A stretch of DNA of 64,000 nt, taken from positions 3,968,001-4,032,000 of the forward strand of contig NC_043023.1 in the NCBI RefSeq assembly GCF_006345805.1, in the 5' to 3' direction. Origin of the DNA: Octopus sinensis. Lineage: Eukaryota. The first letter of the stretch is position 1. Every line of letters begins with the position of its first letter. Under the pieces are notes generated by a model. That model was given only the letters and a program-made list of their open reading frames with translations, had not been told where the DNA came from and made no database searches. Below, in pieces: positions 12,251 through 25,220 of the stretch. A program made the position numbers and the translations under genes.

Positions 12251-12507
12251 ACGTATGTGTATGTATATATATGTATATACGTATGTGTATGTATATATAT
12301 GTATATACGTATGTGTATGTATATATATGTATATATGTATGTACATATATATGTATGTATGTATTGTGTGTGTATGTGTGTATATATATGTATATATATG
12401 TATATGTAGTTAATCCAACCAAGAAAGCACAAAAAAACAGAACAACGCAAGGACATGGAACAAATATAGTATTATTGGATGCTCAGGAAAGGAAAGAAAG
12501 GAGGAGG

Positions 12508-12542
12508 GTTTAACGTTTCGAGCGGAGCTCTTCCTCTGAAAC
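12508..12542 (-). ncRNA. Penelope-type minimal hammerhead motif, mutated core (CAGAGGA)
   Basis: Minus strand GTTT-CAGAGGA-A-GAGC-TCC-GCTC-GAAAC-GTT-AAAC; stems I and II intact. Confidence 0.55.
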
Positions 12543-13286
12543 ATAGGAAAAGGAAAGGTCCAAGGAAGAGAAGACGGAGGAATAAAAATCGCCAACGGTG
12601 TATGTATATATATATATATATATGCACACGCATACACACACAAGTAATCTGGTGCACACATTAGCAATTCAAGCAGATACAAACTTGACCTAAACATTCA
12701 TTGTTTGGTATTGATTTTGCGAATTTTGACATTAAATAATAAATGTTTTAGTAGCCAACAGTTTTTGAATGGTTAATATAAATCTTCCACACTGTGATTG
12801 CTTTGCTTTCAATATATCGTCTCACATTGAAACTCCGCCAAAGTTCACCTTGCCTTTCAACCTTTCGGGGTTGATAGAAAATGCACCTGTTGAGCAACAG
12901 GGTCAATGCAGTTGTCTTAACTGCTCCCTAAAATTCCTGGCCTTATGCCAAAATTTGAAGCCAGTATGTCATCTCTGACCAGACCCCTTGTCAGATGGAG
13001 TAAGTACGCCTCCCAAAAAGGTTAAACTTGAAAATTGAGAAAGGGTAAAAAAAAAAAAAAAATGTAGACACAAAACCCTTTTTTTTTTCTTGTTTCAGTC
13101 ATTTGACTGTGGCCATGCTGGAGCACTGTCTTGAAGAGTTTTAGTCAAACAAATCGACGCCAGGACTTATTTCTTAAGCCTAGTACTTATTCTGTAGGTG
13201 TCTTTTGGTGAACCGCTAAGTTATGGGGACATAAACACACCAACACCGGTTGTCATGCAGCTCCTTCAACTTGGGCTCATTAGCCC

Positions 13287-13386
13287 NNNNNNNNNNNNNN
13301 NNNNNNNNNNNNNNNNNNNNNNNNNNNNNNNNNNNNNNNNNNNNNNNNNNNNNNNNNNNNNNNNNNNNNNNNNNNNNNNNNNNNNN
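13287..13386. other. Assembly gap (100 N)
   Basis: Run of N. Confidence 1.
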
Positions 13387-14169
13387 GCAGCAGAAAATTC
13401 AACAAAACCTGTTACTCTGAGTTTCCCGAATTTTCTGCTGCTTTAAATGAAGGATATTACTCTACCTCTGGTATTTGAGTACTCTTTTTTTCCACCTTGT
13501 TTCACATTTATGTGTTTACTCCGGTATATATACATATATATATATGTATATATATATAAACTATAACATGTAGTGTTTATTGGACAGTATTTTCTAACAT
13601 GGAATCTTTTCGGTTTGAACGGCAGTTATGATCTTAACATGTCCTTCCATTTCCTTTTAAGACTAAAGCCCGTTTTATTTGTGGGCTATTTTTGAGATGT
13701 GGCTGCTATTTCTAGCAGGCGGTGCTCTACGTCGCTGTCTGACCCTGCTGAATGCAAGGCATGAGGCGAATGTCAATCAGCTGCTGAACTGCTCCAAATG
13801 ACGTCATCGCAGCGATTATTCATCAATTCCCGTTCACGCCACTATTCTCTTATTCTGTTATTAATCACACTAATACTATGAGACAGACGACAACGCAGAC
13901 TCCCGATTGGCTAAAAATAGCAGCCAAATATTGCTTAATTTATAATTTTAGATAAAGGACACGTTAGATAATGATGTTTACTGTTGTTCACCCCTCCCCG
14001 TTTTTATATAAAGTATAAGATAATTTTAATAAATTTATTATTGCAATCTTTTCTCCCTCTCTCTACCCGTTTGTCTTTGTCTGTCTGTCTGTCTCTATCT
14101 ATCTATGTCTGTCTGTGTGTCTATCTATTCATCCATCCATCCATCTATGTATCTAGCTATCTGTCTCTC

Positions 14170-15100
14170 CGTCCATCTATCTAGCTGTCTGCCCATCTAC
14201 CCGTCTACCTAGCTATCTACCCGTCTACCTAGCTATCTACCCGTCTACCTAGCTATCTACCCGTCTATCTAGCTGTCTGCCCATCTACCCGTCTATCTAG
14301 CTGTCTGCCCATCTACCCGTCTATCGAGCTGTCTGCCCATCTACCCAGCTGTCTGCCCATCTACCCGTCTATCTAACTGTCTGCCCATCTACCCGTCTAT
14401 CGAGCTGTCTGCCCATCTACCCAGCTGTCTGCCCATCTACCCGTCTATCTAGCTTTCTGCCCATCTACCTGTCTATCTAGCTGTCTGCCCATCTACCCGT
14501 CTATCTAGCTGTCTGCCCATCTACCCGTCTATCGAGCTGTCTGCCCATCTACCCGTCTATCGAGCTGTCTGCCCATCTACCCGTCTATCGAGCTGTCTGC
14601 CCATCTACCCGTCTGTCTCTGCCCATCTACCCGTCTGTCTAGCCGTCTTCCCGTCTATCTATCTGTCTACCCATCTATCTAGATGTCTGCCTAGCTACCC
14701 GTCTATCTAGCTGTCTGCCCATCTAGCTGTCTGCCTATCTACCTGTCTATCTAGCTGTCTGCCCATCTGCCCGTCTATCTATCTGTCTGCCCATCTACCC
14801 GTCTATCTAGCTGTCTGTCCATCTACCTGTCTATCTATCTGCCCGCCCATCTACCTGTCTATCTATCTGTCTGCCCGTCTATCTAGCTGTCTGCCCATCT
14901 ACCTGTCTATCTATCTGTCTGCCCGTCTATCTAGCTGTCTGCCCATCTACCTGTCTATCTATCTGTCTGCCCATCTGCCCGTCTATCTATCTGTCTGTCC
15001 ATCTACCCGTCTATCTAGCTGTCTGCCCATCTATCTAGATGTCTGCCTAGCTACCCGTCTATCTAGCTGTCTGCCCATCTACCCGTCTAGCTGTCTGTCT
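14170..15100. repeat. 28-bp minisatellite (CTACCCGTCTATCTAGCTGTCTGCCCAT)n built from TCTA/TCTG tetramers
   Basis: Direct inspection; variant and truncated units are interspersed. Confidence 0.9.
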
Positions 15101-15672
15101 GTCCAACTATCAAGCTGTTTGTCTATCTGACTATCTAGCTGCCTATCTATCCATCTACCAAGCTGTCTGTCTACCTATCTAGCTCTCTGTCTTTCTCTCC
15201 ATCTATCTTTCTGTCTACCAATCTGTCTGTATTTAATTTTTTTCTTAAATTAATTTTCCTTCTTTCCTTAAAAGTATACATGGTAGAAGTTTTAGATTTA
15301 GCGGCCTTATTGACATTGTGTATATATTAAGTATGATACATACTGAGCTATTTTAATTGATTTATTTACCAGCAATGATAAGTGACCGAAATTTTTAGGT
15401 GATATGCTGTGCTTGGGAAAACCCATCAGAGCGAGTGAAATCGTAGTTGTGGTTGATGCCGGTGTCACATAACTGTCACCTGTGCCAGTGACTCTAAAAC
15501 GCACCCTTCAAACATTGGGCCTCATGAAGGCAGTGATAAGTGACTGAGGCCTTTGGCGATATGCTGTGCTTGGGAAAACCCATCAACCCAAGTAAAATTT
15601 TATAGTCGTGGCCAATGCTGGTGTCATGTAACTGGTATCTGTGCTGGTGGTATGTAAAAGGTGGTATGTTAA

Positions 15673-16066
15673 GGTGGCGAGCTGGGCGAAATGCTTAGCG
15701 GTATTTCGTCTGCTGCTACATTCTGAGTTCAAATTCCGCCGAGGTCGACTTTGCCTTTCATCCTTTCGGGGTCGATAAATTAAGTATCAGTTACACACTG
15801 GGGTCGATATAATCGACTTAATCTGTTTCTCTGTCCTTGTTTGTCCCCTCTATGTTTAGCCCCTTGTGGGTAGTAAAGAAACAGATATTCGTCTGCCGCA
15901 ACGTTCTAAGTTCAAATTCCGCCGAGGTCAACTTTGCCTTTCATCCTTTCGGGGTCGATTAAATAAGTACCAGTTACGCTCTGGGGTTGTTATAATCGAC
16001 TTAATCCCTTTGTCTGTCCTTGTTTGTCCCCTCTATGTTTAGCCCCTTGTGGGTAGTAAGGAAATA
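15673..16066 (+). mobile_element. Family-D SINE with duplicated body, inserted in an RTE 3' UTR with a 13-bp TSD
   Basis: TSD GGTATGTAAAAGG at 15649-15661 and 16067-16079; body GAGTTCAAATTCCGCCGAGGTC occurs twice. Confidence 0.85.
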
Positions 16067-16394
16067 GGTATGTAAAAGGCACCCATTACACTCTTGGAGT
16101 GATTGGCGTTAGGAAGGGCATCCAACCATAGAAACCCTGCCAAATCAGATTGGAAGCTGGTGCAGCTTACCAGCTTCAGTCAAACTGTCCAACCCATGCC
16201 AGCATGGACAACAGACATTAAATGATGATGATGACGATTGAATTTTATTCATTGTTTCCTATATCAGAGAGAATGCAGTCTCATCTCAAAATGTGACCAG
16301 CTGCTTGGACATGCCACGGAAGAGACATATAAAGGTTGAAATGGATCTTGCGCTCTTGCTGGCTGTTGTAATGTATTTTCACCTCTTGTGCGAA

Positions 16395-16970
16395 CTGCCA
16401 TGCTTCATGGTAGTGAAACATGGGCTGTGACTGCAGAGGACATGCATAGGCTCGAAAGAAATGAAGCTAGCATGATCCGCTGGATGTGTAATGTCAGTGT
16501 GAATGCACAATAGAGTGTAAGCACCCTGAGAGAAATGTAGGATATTAGAAGCATCGGATGTGGCATGCAAGAGAGTCGTTTGTGTTGGTATCATTCATGT
16601 ACTGCGGATGGATGAGGAGAGATGTGTGAAGAAGTGCCACTCCCAAACAGTTGAAGGAATCCGGGGTGGAGGTAGACCACCAATGCCAGTGCTGTTTTGG
16701 CTGGCTTCTGTGCTGGTGACATGTAAAAAGCACCAATGGATCATGGCCATTTGCCAGCCTCCTTTGGCCCCTGTGCCGGTGGCATGTAAAAAGCACCCAC
16801 TACACTCACAGAGTGGTTGGATTTGGAAGGGCATCCAGCTGTAGAAACACTGCCAGATCAGACTGGAGCCTGGTGTAGCCTCCTGGCTTCCCAGACCCCG
16901 GTCAAACCATCCAACCCATGCTAGCATGGAGAAACAGATGTTAAACGATGATGATGATGAGGAGGAGGAT
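16395..16970 (+). mobile_element. RTE LINE 3' fragment
   Basis: AMLHGSETWAVT, RMDEERCVKKC, GGGRP, followed by the family 3' UTR and (GAT)n. Confidence 0.85.
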
Positions 16971-17540
16971 GACTGATAATTATTGTTTTTAACTGAGCTC
17001 ATGTATTACAGATGTCATCTCAGGACAAATACTTCAGTAACTTGGCCTATCAACAGTGTGTATTGACGACTTAGGATTCATAGGCGACTAATTTTATTAG
17101 ATTACTGCTTGTAATTGCATATAATGGATTTTTTATAGGTATGTAGTGAATTTGTGTGTGTATGTGTCAATGCATGTATACATATATTATGTGTGTATGT
17201 ATATGTATGTATGTATGTATCTATCTATATCTCTCTGTTTCTCTCTCTATACAAGTGTGTGTGTGTTTATATTAAATTGGTTTTGTGGTAAGAAGCTTAC
17301 TTTCCAGCCACACGCTTCTGGGTTCAGTCCCACTGCATGGCATCTTGGGCAAGTGTCTTCTACTACTACAGACTCGGGCTGGCTAAAACCTTGTAAGTTT
17401 GGTAGATGGAAACTGAAAGAAGCCCAGTGTATATATATATATAAATTAAAATTTAATAAGGGTAGAAATTGATATTAATCAATTAAAACCAGTGGCCAAG
17501 CATATTTTTTAAAAATCCAAAGATTAAAAATTGTGTTACA

Positions 17541-17730
17541 TACAAAACTTAGAGGACTGACCACTAAAAGTGGACAGCCTATATGCTAGATATAGACATC
17601 AAAATCGCCATTTTGAGAATGTGTTCTCAAGAAAAAACTCAGCAATAAACCGAAAGTTTTTTCTTGAGAACATTCTTTTGACGTCTATATCTAGCATACA
17701 GGCTGTCCACTTTTAGTGGTCAGTCCTCTA

Positions 17731-17739
<9 letters not shown>
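17541..17739. repeat. Foldback element (about 90-bp arms)
   Basis: TTAGAGGACTGACCACTAAAAGTGGACAGCCT...GTTCTCAAGAAAAAACT mirrored at about 17657-17731. Confidence 0.9.
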
Positions 17740-17772
<33 letters not shown>

Positions 17773-17878
17773 ACACACATATTTGTGTGTGTTTTATAAA
17801 AGAGTAAATGTCTAGAGAATTAGAAATTATTTCATAAACTGCATGTCATGCAGTTCGTCATAATTTCCTACCTACTTA

Positions 17879-17927
<49 letters not shown>

Positions 17928-18863
17928 TTGTCTGTCTGTCTATCTCTTTATTTTTCTGTCTTTCTATCTATTTGTCTGTCTGTCCGTCTCTCTCTCTTCC
18001 TCTCTCTCTCTCCTCTCTCCATTCACACATGTAAATGCTAGATACATAACCAAGGATCTCGGTCCTTTCACCTGGCTGAACCATCTACCAAATCTGCATT
18101 ACAATCACACCATACCATCTTAAATGTATGACACCTGTTATTCTTTCAGTGGTATGACATACTACCAGGTATCTATCGTCAAAAGCACAGAGCAGTAAAA
18201 TATTAAAGTAATAAAGTTAATGTCTGGACATAGTGACCAGAGGTGAAGAGTTATATTTGTCTTTGGACTAGTGCCACATAGGCTATAGCCTATGTGGATG
18301 TGAAGCCATTGGTGACTCTATGACCAGACATTAACATTATTAGCTTGATTACCAACCACATGGTTCTGGGTTCAGTCCCACTGTGTGGCACCCTGGATAA
18401 CTGTTTTCTGACCAAAGCCTTGTGAGTAGGTTTGGTAGATGGAAACTGAAAGAAACCCGTAATATATTTATACATCAGTACCGCCTGACTGGCCCTTGTG
18501 CCGGTTGCATGTAAAAGCACCCACTACACTCTCGGAGTGGTTGGCATTAGGAAGGGCATCCAGCTGTAGAAACTCTGCCAGATCAAGATTGGAGCTTGGT
18601 GCAGCCATCTGGTTTGCCAGTCCTCAGTCAAATTGTCTGCTAGCATGGAAAGCGGACGTTAAACGATGATGATGTGTTTGTGTGTCTGTTTGTCCCCTCC
18701 ACCATCGCTTGACAACCGATGTTGGTGTATCTGTGTCCCAGTAACTTAGCAGTTTGGCAAAAGAGACCAATAGAATAAGTACTAGGCTTACAAAGAATAA
18801 GTCTTGGGGGTCGATGGTGCTCCAGTATGGCCGCAGTCATATGACTGAAACAAATAAAAGAAT

Positions 18864-18921
<58 letters not shown>

Positions 18922-18922
18922 T

Positions 18923-18998
18923 GGCAGTTATGCAGATAAACAAATTAGATACATTAAATATATTTGATGTGTCTGATTTGTTTATACGCTTAACTGCC
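18923..18998. repeat. Loop-less imperfect palindrome (38-bp arms)
   Basis: GGCAGTTATGCAGATAAACAAATTAGATACATTAAATA|TATTTGATGTGTCTGATTTGTTTATACGCTTAACTGCC. Confidence 0.8.
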
Positions 18999-19416
18999 TC
19001 TATACCTGCTCAGCTTGGTCCCTCTTTTAGCCTTTCATTACCTTGTGGAATGATCCCTTGCAAAGACATTGGGGTCTATGTTTGAATCTTTTGAGCACTA
19101 CTGTCTCCTATACAGAGAATCTCTGGATCTCATCTGTATATATATATATAAATATAAGAATAAAAATTTATATATAAAGAACGTGAAATACACGAAGTGA
19201 CGAACACGGAAAACAGACAAGTCATTCGAAGCCTTCAATCTTCAGTCAGAAACCGAATCATCATGGCAAATTTCGGCTGATTAATTCTGATATTTGCTCC
19301 AACTCAGCCAGCCCCAAGGAAAAAACTAAGCTGTGGGCATTAGATTTCTTGGTAGAAGACAGGAATGTGAACGCAACAGAGACGAATATAAATATATACA
19401 CACACACACACATATA

Positions 19417-20606
19417 TAGGGTGTGTAAGATATTTGAGGATAGATTTATATTTATTAATAAAACATAATTTTATTTATAAAAAAAATGCTTTCCTATAAT
19501 GTTATTCAATAAAGCCACCTTCATCTTCAACAACTGCTTCTACATGAGATCTAAATCATCTACATGCTCGAATCAAGTGGTCCTGGTTCATTTTGGACAT
19601 TACTCTGACTATGGCAGCTTTCAAAGTGTCTTTGGTGTGATGGGTTTGTTCATTGGCCTCTCTCATAACAACGCTCCACATGTAATAGTCCAATGGATTG
19701 AGATCTGGGGAATTGGGAGGCCAAATGTTAGTGGTTATGTGATCATGAAAATTTTCAGCCATCCATTCCTGTGTTACTAGAGCCATGTGTGATAATGCAG
19801 AATCTTACTGAAACACATATAGCCTTCCATTGCATACACTGTCTATCCAGGACTTAACTATTTCCAAGATCTCTATGTAGGCTGCAGAAGTAACTCTAAG
19901 GCCTTGTGGAAAGACATAAGGAGGCATCACATGACAGTTGCAGGACATTTTGTATGCATAACACTTGGAACTTCAGGAGGGTCTGCACATAACCATCTGT
20001 CATTTCTTCTGTTAACTTTTTTATCTTGGTCGAAGTTTTTCTCGTTTGTGAAAAACCAAATCATATCTTCTTCTGCTGGATTTTTCAGTTTGTTTAAGAG
20101 CCATTTAGATCTGATGTAGTGATTTTCTTTTGCCTTTTCTTACAAATTGACCTTTCCTCATCTTATAAGACTTTATCTGATGTCTTCGTAGACAAGATTT
20201 CTGACTGTTCCTTCTGACACATGGAGATCTTTTGCAATTGAACTCATGGACTTTCTGGGATTGTAATCAAAGGTCAGTTGAACTTGCTGGATAAATTCAG
20301 GTGTTCTGATGATATCAGAGTGTTTAGAATGCTTTTTATGCTTCGATACTGGTGATATGTTTCCATCTTCTGTCTCTAGCTCTTTACAAACATTGCAGAC
20401 AAAAGACCTGGCAACTTTTAAAAACCAAGATATTTCTATATCATTATGCTCAGCCTTTATAATCACAATAACAGCATGTCTCTTCATTTCTTGAGTAAGC
20501 TGAGAGTCTGCCATTATTATTTTCTGAAACAAAGATTATATAGAGTTAGCAAAAAATGCAGCAATGACCAAAAAAAGATATGTCCTCAAATACCTTACGC
20601 ACCCTG
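19417..20606 (-). mobile_element. Near full-length, decayed DD37D (maT-type) Tc1/mariner transposon
   Basis: About 24-bp TIRs (C/T)AGGGTG(C/T)GTAAG(G/A)TATTTGAGGA; N-terminal ORF 20173-20532 (HTH-like NPRKSMSSIAKDLHVSEGTVRNLV) and C-terminal WPPNSPDLNPLDYYMW in ORF 19556-19786. Confidence 0.88.
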
Positions 20607-21389
20607 CGTATGTATATATGTATATATATGTGTGTGTAAAAAGTACGTAAAAAGTACTATCCGAATGTGGCCAATGCCAGTACCACCTGACTGGCCCCTG
20701 CCGGTGGCACGTAAAAAGCACCCACTACACTCTCAGAGTGGTTGGCATTAGGAAGGGCATTGAGCTGTAGAAACTCTGCCAGATCAAGATTGGAGCCTGG
20801 TGCAGCCTCCTGGCTTCCCAGACCCCGGTCAAACCGTCCAAACCATCCATGCTAGCATGGAAAACGGATGTTAAACAATGGCCACGATCGGTTGGTGCTT
20901 TTACGTGTCACGTTTGGACGGTGTTTCTAATGTGTCACCGGCACAGGTATCTTAACTACAATTTCCATTTGATTTTTATTTTGATATATATAATATTTAT
21001 AAAAGTGTAAAGACCTCCACCCCTTTGGCCATGAATGATCATGGGATTTCACCATGAAAGTTAGCCTCTGATGCACAAGTCTGGGTGAATTGGTTTATAG
21101 AAGACCAGTAGTGACCCATGCATACCAGGTCCCTCCTTGCTCTCCATACCACTGATGTTATCCAAGGGAAAGGCAAAGGGGCCGATACAGCTTGGCACTG
21201 GTGATGTCACAACTCATTTCTACAGCTGAGTGAACTGGAGCAACGTGAAATAAAGTGTCTTGCTCAAGAACACAACACGCAGCCCTGTCTAGGAATTGAA
21301 CTCATTTCCTCATGATGGTGAGCCCAATGCTCTAATCATTGAGCCATGCGGTTTCACTGTACACAGTGAAACCGCATGGCTCAATGGTT

Positions 21390-21427
<38 letters not shown>

Positions 21428-21808
21428 CACACACACATACACACACACACAGAGCCCCACATGCTGTCTTTGAAACAGCCTTAGCAATGGGCTATCCACC
21501 ACCTAGCCTTCACCTCTTCCCCTTTTTGTCCTCCTCCTCCTCCTCTTCCCTCCTCCTTGCTGTCGTCTTTGTTGTCTTGGAGACGTTAAAATGAAAACAT
21601 TTGACTCATACTAAACATCAATATACTAATGGATTTGTTTGCACAATGAAATAGCTTCCACATGTGATGTTGTGCACTGGATATAATACATGTGCGTGTG
21701 TATGTAGGAAGGCGGATGTTAAACAATGATGATGAGATAGATATAACAAAGTATATGTGTGTGTGTGCATATATATATATATAATATAATATATATATAT
21801 ATATATAT

Positions 21809-22118
21809 GGAGGCGCAATGGCCCAGTGGTTAGGGCAGCGGACTTGCAGTCGGAGGATCGCGGTTTCGATTCTCAGACTGGATGTTGTGTGTGTTTATTG
21901 AGTGAAAACACCTAAAAATTTCTCAAGGCTCCTTCAGGGGGTGGTGGCTACCCCTGCTGTACTCTTTCGTCCCAACTTTCTCTCATTCTCTCTTCCTGTT
22001 TCTTGAGTAACGCTGCGATGGACTGGCGTCCTATTCAGCTGGGGGGAACATATACACCACAGAAACTGGGAAACTGGGCCCATGAACCTGGCTAGGCTTG
22101 AAAAGTGCGCATAATAAA

Positions 22119-22152
<34 letters not shown>

Positions 22153-22180
22153 TGTATATATATGTACTTGCTTCGGCAGT

Positions 22181-22220
<40 letters not shown>

Positions 22221-22330
22221 GGCCCCTGCACAAGGATGACACGCAAATTCGTGAAGCTTTCCATAATTTTTAAAATGGCGGTGCCCCAGCATGGCCACAG
22301 CTCATGAGCTGAAACTAAAAAATCAATCAT
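21809..22330 (+). mobile_element. Family-C tRNA-derived SINE carrying a U6 copy in its AT-rich linker
   Basis: A-box TGGCCCAGTGG, B-box GGTTTCGATTC; tail AAAATGGCGGTGCCCCAGCATGGCC at 22272 also occurs at about 41220. Confidence 0.8.
22164..22271 (+). ncRNA. U6: Full-length U6 snRNA sequence (probably a retrocopy or pseudogene)
   Basis: 5' stem GTACTTGC-TTCG-GCAGTAC, ACAGAGA box, AGC triad, ISL, terminal T5. Two body substitutions versus the canonical sequence (CTGCACAAGG, GAAGCTTTCC). Upstream is (TA)n and SINE, not a recognisable PSE promoter. Confidence 0.93.
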
Positions 22331-22454
22331 ACATATACATATATATATCAGATGAATAAAGTTAAAACATGGTGTGGTTTTCACATTTTTTATTATTGTA
22401 TTTTAACATTAAAATATTTTGTAATGCTCATATATAGATAAATAGACAGATATG

Positions 22455-23345
22455 TTTCTTTATTAGCCACACGGGGTTGCTCACAGACGGGACAAATTAC
22501 AAGGTAGAGCTTTTCTTTTTGGAGATAAAAAAGGGGTTTTGGTTTTCGATCAAAAGGGATCGTAAAAGGAAAGAAAGAGGAAAGCAAAAAAAATAAGTGG
22601 GGGATAAAAATAAAAGGAAAAAGAAAAAATCGATCAATAGGGATCGTTATCGCAGAAATGTCAATATAAAGTGTAAAGGGGGGGACAGGTGAGGTTTACC
22701 CATGGAAAGAAAAGCCTACGGAAAAGACCACGGTAACCTCGGTCAATGAAGTCACATGTTATATTTTTTTACAAATAAGCAATTCTCTGTATTAATTTTT
22801 ACGGTTCATAGGATCATGGTCAAGGTGGTTTCGTCATTCATACGTGCCATCCTTGCTACATTCACCCATCTTTTTTTAAAACATTCACTAGACAAAACGT
22901 GCCTCTCTACTCTCACTTTCCTTTTCAAGTGGTACTTGAAGAAGTTGATGAGAGGTTGACCAGAGAGGAAAGTGTTTGTCTCTAATCCTTTCAGGCGTGT
23001 CCACCAGATACATTCTTTCGCCATAGCCACAAGTATGATAAAAATAGCTCTTCCTTCCCATTTGAAGGAAGGAGGCGTGACAATATTGACGATAGACTCG
23101 GCTGATAAACCGACTCGTCCCACACGTGACAGCAGTTGTTCGACATAAGCCCACAGGTCGGAAATTGTTGGACACTGCATGATTGCATGCAGAACGGTTT
23201 TGTTGCTCTGACCGCATCTCGGGCAGGTTGACCCCGTGTTTCTTGAGCCATGCCTATAGAGCTTATCCCGAACGGGTAGCACTGCCAGGCCAGGGATCTC
23301 TGGAAGTTGTCCATAGGTCCGGGCCCGAAAGTTGTCTCAAACATG
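22455..23345 (-). mobile_element. Tx1/L1-clade LINE 3' fragment (ORF2 C-terminal CCHC zinc finger and 3' UTR)
   Basis: FQRSLAWQC...LPVRDKL...CPRCGQSNKTVLHAIMQC (C-x2-C-x8-H-x4-C); AATAAA-like end at about 22455-22465 on the minus strand. Confidence 0.85.
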
Positions 23346-24444
23346 GCAGATAGATAGATATTAGATAAGGTGTATATTCACTCCTATACTTGTTTCACTC
23401 ATTTGATTGTGGCCATGCTGGAGCACTGCCTTTAGCAAATCGATCTCAGGACTTATTCCTTGTGAGCCTAGTACTTATTCTATTGGTCTCTTTTGCTGAA
23501 CCACTAAGTTACGGGGATGTAAACACACCAGTCAAGTGATGTGGTGGGGACAAACACAGACACACAAACATATACACACATGTACATATATACATACATA
23601 TATATATATACACGACAGGCTTCTTTCAGTTTTCGTCTACCAAATCCACTCACAAGGATTTGGTCAGCCTGATGCTATAGTAGAAGTCATAGAAGTAGTG
23701 AGTCATCGTATCTGTTACTGCTTGGCAACTGGTGTTGGTGTGTTTGCATCTCTGCGACTTAGCAATTCAGCAAAAGAGACTGATAGATCATGTACCAGAC
23801 TTCAAAATAAAAAAAATAAGTCCTGGGGTCGATTTGTCCTACTAAAACCCTTTGAGGCGGCACCCCAGCATGGCCACAGCCAAATTGCTAAAACATACAA
23901 AACAACAGGAAACTATACATACCGATACTAACTACTACAACTGCCACCAATACAAACAATTATAATCAGCACCAGTCCAAGCTATTGTAGTCACCAGATA
24001 CTAACTGCTCTAACCACCAGAACTGTTTCAGGAACCGTGCCAACTTTCTGGACGTTGATGGCCTGGAACCTCTTATAACCTGTACTAATCTCTGAGCAGG
24101 AACTTGAAAATCCTGAAGTTGCCAGACTAGTTCCCTGGTTGGCACCTTGCATGGTATCGTATTAATAGACTTGTATCATTTATGGTAAATGTACAGGTAG
24201 CTGTATTTTGTTTAAGTTAATAAAAAAAAAAAAGATTTTTTGTGGCCGTTGCCAGTATCACCTGACTGGCCCTCGTGGTGGTGGCACGTAAAAGCACCCA
24301 CAACACTCTCGGAGTTTCTTCACATGCTATATTATATATATATATATCTCACACATGATCACGTGACCGATCAGACCATCAGATGTTGTTACACATCGCT
24401 GGTCACAATGCGTTTGCATTGTTTTAGCCTTCGAATGACGCCAC

Positions 24445-24546
24445 CCCGCTGGCTAAGCGAGCAGGTCAACAGAAGAAAGAGTGGTGATCCCTGCTGTACT
24501 CTTTCACCACTCTTTCTTCTGTTGACCTGCTCGCTTAGCCAGCGGG
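24445..24546. repeat. Perfect 43-bp stem hairpin, 16-nt loop, inside a family-C SINE
   Basis: 24445-24487 is the exact reverse complement of 24504-24546. Confidence 0.9.
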
Positions 24547-24707
24547 TGCCGGAGCCTCGTGGAGCTATTTTAGGTGTTTTTCGCTCAATAAACACACACA
24601 ACGCCCGGTCTGGGAATCGAAACCGCGGTCCTCCGACCGCGAGTCCGCTGCCCTAACCACTGGGCCATTCCGCCTCCATATATATATGTATATATATATA
24701 TATATAT

Positions 24708-24797
<90 letters not shown>

Positions 24798-25187
24798 CAC
24801 TTGCACACATGTAAAAAATTTGACTAGTGACTGTTGGTGCTGCCACCTGCAGTTGGTTTTGGAGTAAGAGAGGAGAGAGAGAATTTACTAAGAAATAGAA
24901 GAGAGGGTGAAGTTGCCCTTCAAGGGAAGAGAACCACCTCAGGGTTTATAATTGTTTTTTATTATTATTTCTATGAGAAGTCTTTTCTTTATGAGTGAGA
25001 GAGCATGTGAAATATTATTTCCATATAATCCATTTTCTTTTCATTTTACGGATCCTAATGGTTGTAGATATCATCATCTCACCCTTCTTATGGGCTCCTC
25101 ATATATATATGTGTGTGTGTGTGTGTATATATATGTATATATATATATGTGTGTGTGTGTGTGTATATATATGTATATATATATATG

Positions 25188-25220
<33 letters not shown>

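Noticed and set aside
24000-24232. Segment ending in AATAAA plus poly(A), possible processed pseudogene
   Set aside because: No recognisable protein and no TSD; more likely an unassigned LINE 3' end
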